NCBI GenBank assembly: GCA_943704415.1
Contig: CALSCO010000090.1
Location: 1-64,000 of the forward strand
From: Parvularia atlantis
Taxonomy: Eukaryota
DNA length: 64,000 bases
Reading direction: 5' to 3'
The position numbers and the translations under genes were made by a program. The notes under the pieces are model-generated. The model was not told the origin of the DNA, made no database searches, and saw only the letters and a program-made list of their open reading frames with translations. Below, one piece after another: positions 31,664 through 48,869 of this stretch (positions within the stretch are counted from its first letter, which is position 1; every line of letters begins with the position of its first letter).

Positions 31664-34545
31664 TCACTGCTCGCTGCACGCCGCGGGCAGCGCAAAGCTC
31701 TCGCGCACGCCATTGGGCGATGAGACGGCGTCGATGCCCATGCCGCGCTTGGCAAACGCGCGCCACCTGCGCGAGGGCGTGTGAGGCGGCAACGTTCGCG
31801 CGCGCGCGGCCGCCACACCAGTCGCAGACGTGCGCGCCGTCGTAGTTGATCTCGTCGGCGAGCAGGATCGCGTCGCGCGCGTCGAGGAAGGTCGGGCGGC
31901 ACGGCTGCAGCTTCATGCCGTCGACCACGTCCTAGACCGCGCGAAGCGCATCAACGCCTCGCACACTCGAGCACGCGTCCACGCATGCACCTGCAGCACC
32001 ATGCCATTGCCGCCGCGGCGGCTGTACAGGTCCGGCTCGAAGCCCTCCTTATCGACGATGTTCCAGTAGCCGTCTGCCGTTCCGTGCTCAGCCTGCGTCA
32101 TCGCGCGCCGTCGAGCGACCGGCGCACCGTAGAGCGCCGTGGCCCAGACGCAGCCCTTGGCGTGCACGCCGTCGTAGTCGGCGCCGTTGATGAAGCCGTA
32201 CGTGGTCGGGTTGATCTACTTGCGCTGCGTCAGCCGTGCAGACTCCCGCAAGCAAGCCGCACCGTCATGTCGGTCGCGTAGTTGTACGGGCGGATCGAGT
32301 CCTGCGCCGCGTGTCATGGCACGGCCGGGCAGGCGGGCGTGCGCACCGTGAGGTTGCGCTGCCAGTTGCCGAACGCAAAGACGCTGTCGCGCGTGTACTC
32401 GGGCCGCTGGCGGAAGAGGACCGCATGGAAGTCGCCCCAGCCTGCGATCGCGGGCGTGAGTGCGCGCACGGCACTCGGCGGTGGTCATGTGGCCGCGCAC
32501 CCTCGCCCATGCCGCCGGCTGCGAGCGTAAGACGCGGGTCAGCAGCGCCGTGAGCCGCAACGCGACGCACCCTCGCCGCTGCCGAGGCAGTTGACGTTCG
32601 ACGGGCCGCCCGTGAGCCTGCACGTGCGCGTCGATGTTAGGCGCGAGCGAGGACGAGCGTCACGCGGCGGCACCGGTTCGAAATGCCGTGGGAGATCTCG
32701 TGGATGATTGTGCTGCGGGCGCAGGCGTCATGCGCCGCCGCTTGCGTGCGCCGCGGCGGCGCACCCGATCGCCAGGCAGCCGTCGCGGTTGGGCACGGTG
32801 TTGGTGTACAGGTACATGCGCATGCGCGGGCGCTCGCCGTCCGGCGGCGTGGCAAAGTTGGCTGCAGCACACACACGAGGTCAGTTGCAGCGCTGAACTG
32901 TGGCACCCGTCCACGCGCCGTTGTTGGTGCCGGCACCTGCAAGCGGACGTCGCAGGCTCAGCAACGCGAGCAGGGGTACCACCTGTGCCCGCGCACCGTC
33001 CTGCCCGTTGGCCTGCACGGCGTCGTCGCCGAGGCCGCCGCGGCCAAAGTTGTTCTCCTGCTCGACGCCGCGCCGTGAGCGTCCCCGGTCTGCCACGCGA
33101 CGGCCCGCCGCGCGCACCTGGAAGTTGCCGCTGACCTCGTCAAAGCCGTACTGGTAGAACACGTCGTGCACGAGGTTCGTCGCGAAAAACAGGCTCGTGA
33201 TCGACGCGTTGAGGTACTCCTGCCGCCGCATGCAGCCGTGAGCGGCCGCGAGCGCGTGCACGCATGTGCCGGGCGCGCACCACCGGCTCCTGCGTCTCGT
33301 CTGCGCGCGGTCATGTAAGCAAGGCGTGCGTGCAGGACGCACTGGAAGCGCGCACCAATCGGGAAGACATAGGCGTTCGTGTCGCCGCCGCTCGGGCGGA
33401 AATTCTCGATCCAGTCGTCACGCGTCGAGCCGTCGATGTTCTCTTGCGCGTACACGTTGTTGCCGATCGTAGTCGTGGACGGGCCGCTGCCCTGGTCGTG
33501 CCAGCCGAGTGGCGAGGCGACGGGCTCGGCCGGGTCGGTCATGAGCTTGCGCTCGCCGTCGCTCGGGTTGTCCACGGCGAGCGGGTACGCCTGGGGCGCG
33601 CGTGCCTCAGTGCACGCAGCTCCAGGTCGCGCACGCACGAGGTACAACTCGTCCGCGACCCAGTCGTAGATCGCCATCACCGCGCCGTCCTGGTCGACGT
33701 ACGCGTCGAACCAGTGCTCGGTCTGGCGCACGACCATCTTCCAGACGAGCTTGAGGCTCGCGCCGCCCGCGGTCTGCATGCTGTCCCGGGCGTGAGTGCG
33801 TGCGTGAGGCGCGCGCGGTGCTTGATCGACAAGCGCACGCACAGCATGAGCCTGGTCGGGATCGGGTCGAGGCTGATCGCGGGGGCGGTGAGCGTGGGCG
33901 CGTCTCTGTCGTGGGCAGCCGCGACGTGCTCGATCCGCTCCACGGGCAGGTCGATGAGCAGGTGGCGCGCGAGGGCCGCAAGGGCCTGAGCGGCCGAGAT
34001 TGCGGGGCGAGCCGCGGGCGCGGGCGCCTGGCCCGTGTAGAAGCGCGTGTTGGCACTGAGCACGACGCCCGCGCGCACGTTGATGTTGGTCTCGCTGTTG
34101 GCGACCTCGAGCGCGCCGATGCGCTGGCGCAGGTGCACGTGCGCGACGCCGTTGTGGCGCGTCGTGTACGCGTCGGTCACGACAAAGTCGCGGCGGCCGG
34201 CGGGCACGTGCGCGTCGACAAAGGCGCGCGCGACGGCGATCGGGTCGTCCGGGTGCGCGACGGCGCCGGACGCGGGCGTCCAGGCAGGCGCGGGCACGCC
34301 TGCAGATCGCGGTCTCAGCGAGACCACCCGCGTGACCCGCGACGCGTGACCACCGCCCGCACCATCGATCTGCCGCACGAAGCGGCGCAGCGGCACGTCC
34401 GGCGTGGCGTCGGCGCGATCGGCGTGGCGGTGCGCCGTCGCCACCGCGGCGGCCGTCGCGAGCAGCAGCAGTACGAGCAGCGCGGCGCCTGCACGCGGCG
34501 CGCCTCTCAGCGAACGGCGCGCAACTCGACCAGCAACGCACGCAT
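31664..34545 (-). CDS. Secreted fungalysin metallopeptidase (M36) with FTP/PepSY propeptide
   Basis: Signal peptide [94 protein letters not shown]. Confidence 0.95.
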
Positions 34546-34788
34546 TGCCGTTCAGAAGCCTCTCGAATCCTGACACGCCTGTTTGACTCAGCGTCAGCAC
34601 GTGCAAGCGCGTCTTGTGCGCGTCCTCTGCGCGTCCTCTGTTGCGGGCGCCTGCCCGCGCCGCTGCCTCGCGCGCGCCTCCCACGTACGCCTCCGCTCGG
34701 CAGCACGGCGCTGACGCGGCGCGCGGGCCGCGGCGCAGGCAGCGAGCCGCGCAGATCACCCCGCGGGAAACCTCCGACGACGACGACG

Positions 34789-37065
<2,277 letters not shown>

Positions 37066-37240
37066 CGCGGGCTGGACGAGGGGCGTCGACCGCTCATTGT
37101 TTCTTTGTCCGGTTTCTTTCTGTCTCCCGGCTTTTGCAGTTGTTTGTGCGTCTGTCTCTGTGTGGGACGTGAGAAAGACAAAGGTTGCCCACTTGCACAC
37201 CCGTGCAACTTCGGCGCCGCACAACAAGGATCGTTACTGC

Positions 37241-39881
<2,641 letters not shown>

Positions 39882-40174
39882 GGTGTGCGACGGCGGAGGG
39901 CTGCGAGGGCTGTGAGGGCTGCGCGCTGTCAGCGTGATGACGCGTGTGAGCGAAGGAAGGTGATGCCGCCCTCGGCGCGACCACGGCAGCACGAGTGCAC
40001 CGCCCAGCGGCGCAGGAGACGACGGCGAGCGCGGCGAGTGCGGCGAAGGACAGAGCGAGCGCGGCGGAAGGACGGCGGCGGGCAGAGGCAGGCCACGCGG
40101 CACGACACCAGCCGTGAGAAAGACGGCTGGCAGCGCTGACATCCGCGCGCTGCACCGCACAGCGCACACCGCAC

Positions 40175-40209
<35 letters not shown>

Positions 40210-40363
40210 GTGCACGTGAGAAGCAAGAGGCAAGAGCCGCGGCGGCGGAGCAGAAGTGAGTAAGAAGAGCGCCGAGGGAAAGTGATCCCGGTCCGACCCG
40301 GTCCGACCCGACCCACGTGGCCCCGCTGTCCATCGTCCACGTGGGCAGATGGTAACCACAACC

Positions 40364-42245
40364 ATGGTGCGCGGCGTAGTGGCCGCGACGCTCGAGCTGG
40401 CGCAGCACGGCGTCGTCTTCGCCGGCGACAAGTTCGCGTGCCGCGTCGTGCTCGAGGCCGCGCCCGCGCCGCACCTCCAGCAACCGCAGCAGCAGCAGCA
40501 GCAGCAGCAGCACGCTGTCCGCGTCGCCTTCGTCGCCGTGCAGCTCCACGGCTACGCGCAACTCGACCGCGCCGTGCGTCGTCATTGGCGCCACCCGCCG
40601 CGCCACGCACTCAGCCGACGCGCGCGCAGCTCGTCAAGGACGGCGCCGCCGTCGCGCTGCAGCCCGTGCCGCCGCGTGACGAGCCTGCAAAGCGCCTCGC
40701 GGCCGCGTTCAGCAGCCAGAACCCGCGCGGTGCGGGCGCACGCCTCTCGGTCGCCGATGCTGAGACCTGCGTCGGCCCGCAGGCGACCGCACGAGCCTCT
40801 TCTTCGCCACACCCGTCATCGTCGTGCTGCGCGACCTCGTGCTCGAGCCGGGCGCGAGCCGCTCGTGTGCGCGCGCCGCGACGGCCTTCAGCAAGCGCCG
40901 CGCTCAAAGTGCCACGCGCGCGCGCAGACATCGTCGAGACCGTGCTCCCGCCATCCCTGCCCGCCAGCCACCGCGGCAAGGCCAGCCGCTTCGGGTATCG
41001 CGTCGTAGCCGTCGTCGGCCCGTGCACGAGCGTCGGTGGCGACGCGCCCGCGCCCGCACCCGCGCCCTCGGAGCCGCTGCCGACCGAGCCGCTCGAGGTG
41101 CTGCGGCTCGCGTTCCGCGTTTTCCCGGCCATCGACGGTGCACAGCCCGCGCGGTTATCGCTGTCGCTGTCGCTGAGCGTGCGTGTGTGTGCAGAGAGCG
41201 GCGCCACGCACCCGTTCGACCTGCGTCGGCCCGTCTGCAGCCACCCGTCCAACCATGTCGTTAGCTGCGTCGAGGAGCGCCTGCAGCTGCTGCGCCTGCG
41301 TGAGCTGCAGATGTCGGGCTCGTCGCTGCTCTTCCCGGCCATGGCGCCCGGGAGCACGTGCGTGTGTCTGTCGCGCGACGCTCGCGGCCTGCTCACGCGA
41401 CACGTTGGACAGCGACCACGCCGATGTCGCGCTCGACACGCCCGACCTCGACGGCTTCCTGCCCATGTACACGCCCTTCGCGACGCTCACCAACGTCGCC
41501 GCGCTGCTGCAGTCGCCCAGGAGTGCGGCCAAGAGTGCGAACGACGAGCGCTGTGGCGGCGACGGGCGCTGACTCGGCGCGCGCGCAGGTGTGCTCAAGA
41601 TCAGCACGGCGCAGGGCCTCGTGGCGCACCTGGTGCTGCCGCGGACGTGCGTACGCCTGGGTGACGTGTTCCAGGCCGTCGTGGACTTCTCGGGCGCGAC
41701 GCGGACGTGCCTCATGTTCAGCCTGTCGCTCGCGACGTTTGAGGAGGTGCACGAGAGCGTGCTCGTGCGCTCGGCCGAGGCTACGCAGCGCAGCACGCTC
41801 GCCGTCGTCGCCGAGCACGTCGAGCACAGCCTGCACCTGCAGCAGACCGCCGTCAGTCTGGGCGTGCCGGTCGAGCTCAGCCCGTCTTTCTTGACGTCGG
41901 CCGGTGCATGTGCGGGTTGACAGCGCGGTCACGAGGCTCACGCGCGGTCGCAGTGCACGTGCGCTGGCACTTGCTGTGCGAGTTTGTCGTCGCACTGGCT
42001 GCGAGCGACGAGCACCCGTGGGTCGTCAAGGAGGCGCATCCAGAGTACATTCTGCCCGCTCGCGCTCGCGCTGCGCGACGTTGCTGACGTGCGGCCGGCC
42101 GCCCAGCCACTTCCTGGTCACGCTCCCAGCCGAGCTCCGGAGCGAAAAGTTCGTCATGGCCGTGCCGCTGACCGTCCTGCCGACACTGCCGGAGACCGCG
42201 TGCCCGCCCACGCTCGCGCGCACCACGCAAGTACCTGTACAATAA
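40364..42245 (+). CDS. RGP1: Rgp1-like subunit of the Ric1-Rgp1 Rab6 GEF (arrestin-fold)
   Basis: VFAGD, LFFATPVIVVLRDLVLEPG, LPPSLPASHRGK, VRLGD, SPSFLTS.VHVRWHLLCEFV. Confidence 0.72.
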
Positions 42246-42276
42246 TAGATCGACACGTGAGGGCATGCGCATAGCG

Positions 42277-43038
42277 TCACTCGTCCTCGTCCTCTTCGTC
42301 CTCTCTGTCTTCTTCATCCTCATCGTCCCCGTCGTCGCTCCCGTCCGCCACAGTCACTGACGGCGTCGCAGCCGCACTGGCGCCCGCCTTGGGCTCGTCG
42401 TCCGCGTCCTCGACAAAGTCGTCGCCGTCAAAGTCGTCGTCGTCCGAGCCGTCCTCGCCGTCCTCGCCCGTCGCCGAGCGCCGCGTCGGCACCGGGTCGC
42501 CCGGCTTGACCCGCCCGAGCGCCTTGTTGCGTAGATACGTGCGCCGCTGCCGCTCCGACATCTGCTCGATGCGCTCGCGCTCGGCGATCTCCTCGGCCTC
42601 CTTCTCCTCGCGCGAGCGGCGCGTGCTGTGCGCGTGCGTGAGCTGCGTGCGTGCGTGCACGCGGGTCGCACGTCGGGAGGATCTCGTTCGCCTGCATGCA
42701 CTTGGCGCAGACCTGGCGCGCGCCGGCGCAAGCGTCGCACAGGACGTGGTAGGCCATCGTGATCGCCTTGAGATCGCACGCGACGCTGCGGCGCACGCGC
42801 TGCTCAGCGCCACGACCGCGACCGCCCGTCCGCACCACTTCTTGGGCGTGGTGAGGGGCTTGTACTTGCGGAACTGCTTGCGCCACTCGACCACGTCGCG
42901 GCAGTGCTGACACAGGCCGGCGATAGGGCTGCGCAGGATCTTCTGCGTCTTGACCGAGCCCTTGTTGTGGTGGTACGCGAACCGGTTGGCGTGCGCGGGC
43001 GGGCCGCGCCGCACTCCGCCGCCGCCTTTGTTCGACAT
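42277..43038 (-). CDS. C9orf85/DUF2039-like zinc-binding protein
   Basis: HANRFAYHHNK, GLCQHCRDVVEWRKQFRKYKPL, AYHVLCDACA...CAKC, ERQRRTYLR, acidic tail. Confidence 0.85.
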   Translation of the reverse strand: MSNKGGGGVRRGPPAHANRFAYHHNKGSVKTQKILRSPIAGLCQHCRDVVEWRKQFRKYKPLTTPKKWCGRAVAVVALSSACAAASRAISRRSRWPTTSCATLAPARARSAPSACRRTRSSRRATRVHARTQLTHAHSTRRSREEKEAEEIAERERIEQMSERQRRTYLRNKALGRVKPGDPVPTRRSATGEDGEDGSDDDDFDGDDFVEDADDEPKAGASAAATPSVTVADGSDDGDDEDEEDREDEEDEDE

Positions 43039-43085
43039 CGCCACGTGGCGCAAAGTGAACGGTGACACGCCGCCACGTCTTTCGC

Positions 43086-44067
43086 ATGGCAACGTTGAGC
43101 GATGTGTGCCCGATTGATCACCTCTCAGCGCGCTCGTTCTCTGCGCGCTCACGGCGGCCGCGGCGGCAGGTCATCGCGCGCCTGGACGCCGGCACGGTCG
43201 ATGCGCCCGTCACGGCCGACGGCTGGACGCTGCTCGTGCTCGCCTGCACCCGCGGCCAGGTCGACGCGGCCCGCGGCCTGCTCGCGCGCGGCGCCGACGT
43301 CAACCACGCGACGCGCGACGGCCTCACGCCGCTCATCGCCGCCGTCGCGCACGGCAGCGCCGAGCTCGTGCAGCTGCTGCTCGCGCACGACGGCGTCGAC
43401 GTCGAACTCGAGGCGCCGTGGGGCGCGACCGCGCTCGTGCGCGCCGCCGGCGAGGGCCGCACGCCGCTCGTCTGGGCGCTGCTGGACGCCGGCGCGGACG
43501 TGAACCGCGGTGCGGGCGGGGACGCGCGCTCGGGCACGCTCTCACTTGCGTGCGTATGCGCAGTCACGAGCGCGGGCGACACGCCGCTGATGGCCGCGGC
43601 GGGCGGCGGCCACGTCGACGTTGTGCGGCTCCTGCTCAGCCGCGGCGCCGACATCGCCTTCCACAACCGCCAGGGCTTCTCGGCGCTGGGCCGCGCGGTC
43701 TTCTACCGGCGCACGGACGTCGTGCGCCTGTGCCTGACCGAGGGCGCGGACCCGACCTACGTGCGGCGCGCCCAGTGCGCGCATGTGCTTGAGCTGATGT
43801 CGCGCGCGCGCGCTCAGAGCGCCGGCCGCGACCTGCCGAGCGCGCTGGACGTGGCCCGGCGCCTGGGCAGTGCGGAGATGACGCAGCTGCTCGAGCAGAG
43901 CCGGCCGTCGTCGTGTGCGTCCCGTGCGCACGCGCCGTGCATCCGCTGACGTTTGTGCCGCAACAGGGGCGCGTCTGAGGCCGTACGTGACGTGGCAGAC
44001 GGCGGCCATCGCGCTCGTCGCGGTGCTCGCCGTGGCCGTGGGCATGCTCCTGCGGGCTGGCGCGTGA
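43086..44067 (+). CDS. Ankyrin-repeat protein with C-terminal tail anchor
   Basis: GWTLL, GLTPLIAA, GATAL, GDTPLMAA, GFSAL repeats; last exon WQTAAIALVAVLAVAVGMLLRAGA. Confidence 0.85.
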
Positions 44068-44148
44068 CGGTGTGGCATTCGCGCGCAAAAGTCGTACAGT
44101 AAGCAAAGAACAAAAGAAAACGCGCGCACCCGAATTGACCGCACGCGC

Positions 44149-46344
44149 TCACACTTCGCCCATCACGGACGGCCGCGGCGACGCCGAGCGTGACGTCGTG
44201 TGCGACCCGGTGAGGACCGACGGGGCGGGCGCAAACACGACGTCGCGCGGCGAGGCGTCGGTCGGGTCGCGCGGCAGCTCGGTGCTGCTGGTGGGCGTGA
44301 CGGTGAGCGTCGGCGTCATGGCCGTGGACGAGCTCGTGAGCGCGGCGAGCGCCTTGAGCGACATCGGCTCCGACTTGCTCCGCCGGCCGCCCGCCAACAG
44401 CGGCGAGATACGGTCGCGCAGTGTCCCGCGGAGCGTCGATGGCGCCGGCAGCTCAGGCATGAGCACGAGGTCGGCCAGCGGCGACCGGGCCACGGCCTCG
44501 ACAAAACCGCGCGTCTGCCGCCACTTCTTGAGCGTGTCGGTCTTGAGCATGAGGTAGACCTGCGCGGCGGTTCAGCTGCCGGCGGTGAACGACGGCCGCG
44601 CGCTGGCGCACCTTGGCCTCGGACTCCTTGAACATGTCGCTCGTAAAGTCGCCGACGATCACGCGCTCTGCAACCGAGCGGGGGGCTCAGTCCCGCCTCG
44701 CGCGCACGCACGCAGGCGCGGCGACGCACCGTGCACCTGCCCGAGCGTGCTCTCGTCGATGTTGATGGCCATCGGCGCATTCACGTCAAAGTAGACGCGG
44801 AACATGCGCCAGCCCTCGGCGTGCAGCGCCGCCGGGTCGCGCAGCTCGCTGTACCGGCGCGCGTCCTGGTAGAAGAAGATGTTCTCGACGCACCAGCTCT
44901 GCGCCTGCGCACGCGCCGCACGCGCCGCACGTCACGCGTCGTCCCGCACCGCACGGCGGCGCACCGCGAAGCGCTTGAACGCGAGCGCGAGGTCGTGGTC
45001 GTTGAGGATGTAGCGCAGCAGCGTCGACGGGCTGAGCTCGTCCAGCGGCACGCGCTCGTGCGTCGTGCCCAGCTCCGTGTCGGCCGCGAGCGTGCCCGCG
45101 GTCGACGACGCACGCGACTTGGTCGAATCCTGCGGGCTGAGCTTGTAGAACTCGCGGTACGACAGCCAGATCGGGAAGAGCAGGCTGTTGAAGCTCCCGA
45201 GCACAAACGCGATCAGCGCCCACGCCTGGCGCGCGCCCGCCGTCAGCCGTCCTGCGCGCTGTCGCAGCCGCTGCTGTGCGCGCACGTGGCTGGGCAGCGT
45301 GCGCGGGAACTTGCTCGGAATGATGCCCTGGACGGCAAAGAGGATGACGACTGCGGGTCGCGCGCAGTGTGAGCGTTCGACCAGCCCGGCCCGTACCGCC
45401 GCGCGCGCACCTGGGATCTCGGTGATGAGCATGTTGCGCAGCTCCTCCTGCGCAGCGCGTGCGTATGCGTGTGTTAGCCCGCTGAATCTCCTGCTCGCGA
45501 CGCACCTTGAGCCCAAAGTTGTCGCGCACGCGGTACAGGAAGAAGCAGAAGAAGATCGAGGCCACAATCGCGGCCACGCCCTCGCCCACGACGATGTACG
45601 TGTAGCGGCCTGCGCCGGCGCGCGCGTCCAGCACACCGGCGCGCCCGTCGCCCGTGCCGCGCGCGCGCACCGTAGCACCCGCCCGGCACGCCCTGGTAGA
45701 CGAACGTCTGCGCGGGGATGTCCGGGTTGATGTACATGATCATGAGCAGGATGGCGACGCTGAGCACGGCGAAGGCGAGCATGATCGCGACCCAGACGCG
45801 CTTGTTGAGCATCCAGCTGCGGCAGGGTTGAGCACAGGGGCCGGGCGACGACGCGCACGCGCGCACACCGGTTCCGCACGAGCCAACGCCCCTCGGGCAG
45901 GTCCGGGTCGAAGCGCCCGTTGGTGCGCGCGTCGTTGAGCGCGTGCATGTAGTACAGCTTGAAGCAGCGCGCGAGGTACGGCTGCGACGCGGCGTTTCAG
46001 CGCCGTTTCAGGCGCGGGGGCGGGCGCGGCACGGCGCACCATGAACCAGAGCGGGATGATGAGCGCGTTGACCACGCCTGGCATGACGCACGAGAAGCCC
46101 GCGTTGGCGTCCGACAGCTCGCCGTAGCACGACAGGACGAGGAAGAGCACGGCGGCGGCGACCTGGCCAAAGCAGACCATGAAGACGCTGCGCAGCACCG
46201 GTCCGTCAACAAAAAGCGCGCCGCAGCGCACGCACGCACGCACCCGCGCGACTTGATCGGCTCAAGCGCGCGCCGCAGCAGCAGCCACGCCAGGAAGCCC
46301 GCCTGCCAGGCCAGGAACAGCGCCATGAACACGTAGCGGAGCAT
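44149..46344 (-). CDS. 7TM-RGS fusion protein (seven hydrophobic helices + RGS domain)
   Basis: PIKSR, PYLAR, VRDNFGLKEEL in the TM region; RGS box ILND...FKRFA..WCVENIFFY...YFDVNAPMAINID...MFKESEAKVYLMLKTDTLKKW. Confidence 0.87.
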
Positions 46345-46405
46345 GGCTGGTCCGGTTTTCGGGCAAGGGGATTTTTAGCGACAACACAACTTGAACCATG
46401 ACTCG

Positions 46406-48840
46406 TCACTTTGGCACGACCTTGGGCTCGCCGCCGGCCTCCGCGCCGAGCAGCTGCTGTAGCGCATCGTAGAAGAGCTTCTCAAAGTGCACGCTCGATT
46501 GCCCCTGGAACACGACCGTCTCGGCCTCGAGCGGCGACGGCGGCAGGATCGACGTCGCATTTTGCTCCGGGCAAATGCAGTTCTTCCACAGCTGCAGCGG
46601 CCAGTCCTCGGGCGGCTCAAAGCTGCTGCGGCCGAAGCGGAGCTGCGCGGCACCCACTGTGAGCGACATTGCACGGCAGACGGAGGAGGTGCGCACGTTC
46701 TGCCGCGCGCAGCACGGGATGACCTGCCACGACTGGCCCAGGAACGTGCCACCGACGTCAAACTGCGACGGCGCCAGCTCAACCTCGGCGCGGTGTTGCT
46801 CGGCGGCCTGCGCCACGCGCCGGAAACGTCAGAGACACGGCGTGCCCTCCCGCGTTGAGCGTACCCGCTGGATCGTGTTTACCACGTCGACATGCAGCGT
46901 CGTGTTGAGCGGGAAGCGCTCGCCCGGGTCGCGCTCGAGGTCAAACAGCAGCATCGGGTAGTGGTACACGGGCGGGACGTTGCCAAAGCCCGGGCGCGTG
47001 ATGAAGTGGCCCTGTGGCGCGCGCCGTCAGGGGGGGCGCGTCAGCGTGTCCCTGCGTGCCGCGTCGTGCGCACCTTGTAGCGGCCGACGCGCACGGCGTC
47101 GAGCGAGCGGTCACGCCAGTAGAAAAAGTCGTTGTGCGGGCCCGCGCTGACCTGGCCGGTCAGCAGTGGCAGGAGCGATTTGCCGTCGATGACGCGGTCG
47201 GTCGGGAGCGGCACGCCGACGGCCTCGAGAACCGTCGGGAAAATGTCCATGTTGTTGGCGATGTCGATCACGACGCGGTCTGCGGGCCGCAGTCAGCAGC
47301 AGCAGCGCGGTGCGTGCGTGCGCCCACGCACCGGCAGCAACGCGGCCGGGCCAGCGCACGATGAGCGGCGAGCGCACGCCACCCTCCCACGTCGAGCCCT
47401 TGCCCTCGCGGAAGGGGCCGTTGTTGCCGCCGTCGCCCTGGACGCCTGGGCGCGCCGTGCGGCGCATGAATGGCGGCGGCACCGGGCAGCAGCAGCCAAG
47501 ACGCACCATCATCGACTGTGCCGGGCTCGGTCGCGTCCGGCCACGCGCCGTTGTCCGACATGAACAAGACGATCGTGTTGTTGGCCACGCCGAGCGTGTC
47601 GAGCCGGTCGAGCAGCAGGCCGATGCTGGCGTCCATCTGCCGCGGCGAGCGCGGGTGAGACGGCGCAGCGCACACGCGCGGCCACGACCGCACACCTGCT
47701 CCACCATGTCGCCGTACGCGCCGCCCTGCGACGAGCCTGCGTAGCGCGGCGAGGCGAACGCGGGGATGTGCGGCTCGTGGTACGACATGTACAGGAAAAA
47801 CGGGCGGCGCGCCTCGACCGACGACTCTGCGGGAGCTGCGTCAGCCGGTGGTGCGGGCCACGCACGCGCAGGCACACGCACGGATGGCCGCCAGCGCCTT
47901 CTCGTTCATGCGCGGCGTGATCGTCTCGAGGTTGATCGGCTGCTCGATGATGCGCTCGTTCTCATACACGGGCACGGGCGGGAACACGAGTGAGATCGGG
48001 AACGGGCCCGGGTAGCCCTGCGCACGCACATGGTCAGCCGCCTTGTGCACAGCCGCGCTCGCCCGTCCTGCGCACCTCGTCGTGCGAGTACGGCGTGCCA
48101 AAGAAGTAGTCGAAGCCGCGCCGCGTGGGCAGGCAGTCGACGTGGCCGAGGTGCCACTTGCCGACGAGCGCGTTGTAGTACGCTGCGCGCCCGCACGCCG
48201 ACCGTGAGCGAGCACACGCCCCGCGGTCACGTCCGCCCGGCCGCGGCCGCACATTTCTGGCGCAGCGCCGCGGCCAGCGTCGTCTCGTTGGCGGTGAGGC
48301 CGCCGACCGACGTCGGGTAGAAGACGCGCAGGAGCAGGTCGGCGGGCGGGTCGAAGCGCGTGTAGAAGCCGAGGCTGCAGCGGCGCCGTCAGGGCGCTCT
48401 GTCACGCTTTCTCGCGAGGCCGCGCGCCCCGCACCGGACGGGCAGGCGCCCCGTCAGCAGCGAGCCACGTGACGGCGTGCAGAGCGGCGCGGCGGCGTAA
48501 AACTGCGCGGGCGCCGTGCGCGTCAGCGGCCAGCAGCGGCAGCAGCAGCAGCAGCAGCAGCGGCGCGCCTGCGTGAAGCGCGTGCCCTCGCGCGCGAGCC
48601 GGTCGATGTTGGGCGTGCGGATGGTCGGGGCGCCTGTGCGGGACCACGTCACGCGGACGCGCGGTCACGCCACCGGTACGCACCGTAGCTGGAGAGGTCG
48701 CCGTAGCCGATGTCGTCCGCCACGAGCAGCAGCACGTTGGGGCTGTCGGCCTGCTGCGGCTGCTGCGGCTGCTGCGGCTGCTGGGCCGCGGCGACCACGG
48801 CGAGCGCCGCAGCGACCATGACCAGCGCAGCACGTGACAT
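46406..48840 (-). CDS. Secreted/lysosomal arylsulfatase (formylglycine type)
   Basis: [57 protein letters not shown]. Confidence 0.95.
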
Positions 48841-48869
48841 TCCCTGCAAAATCCAGCCAGGCGACCACT

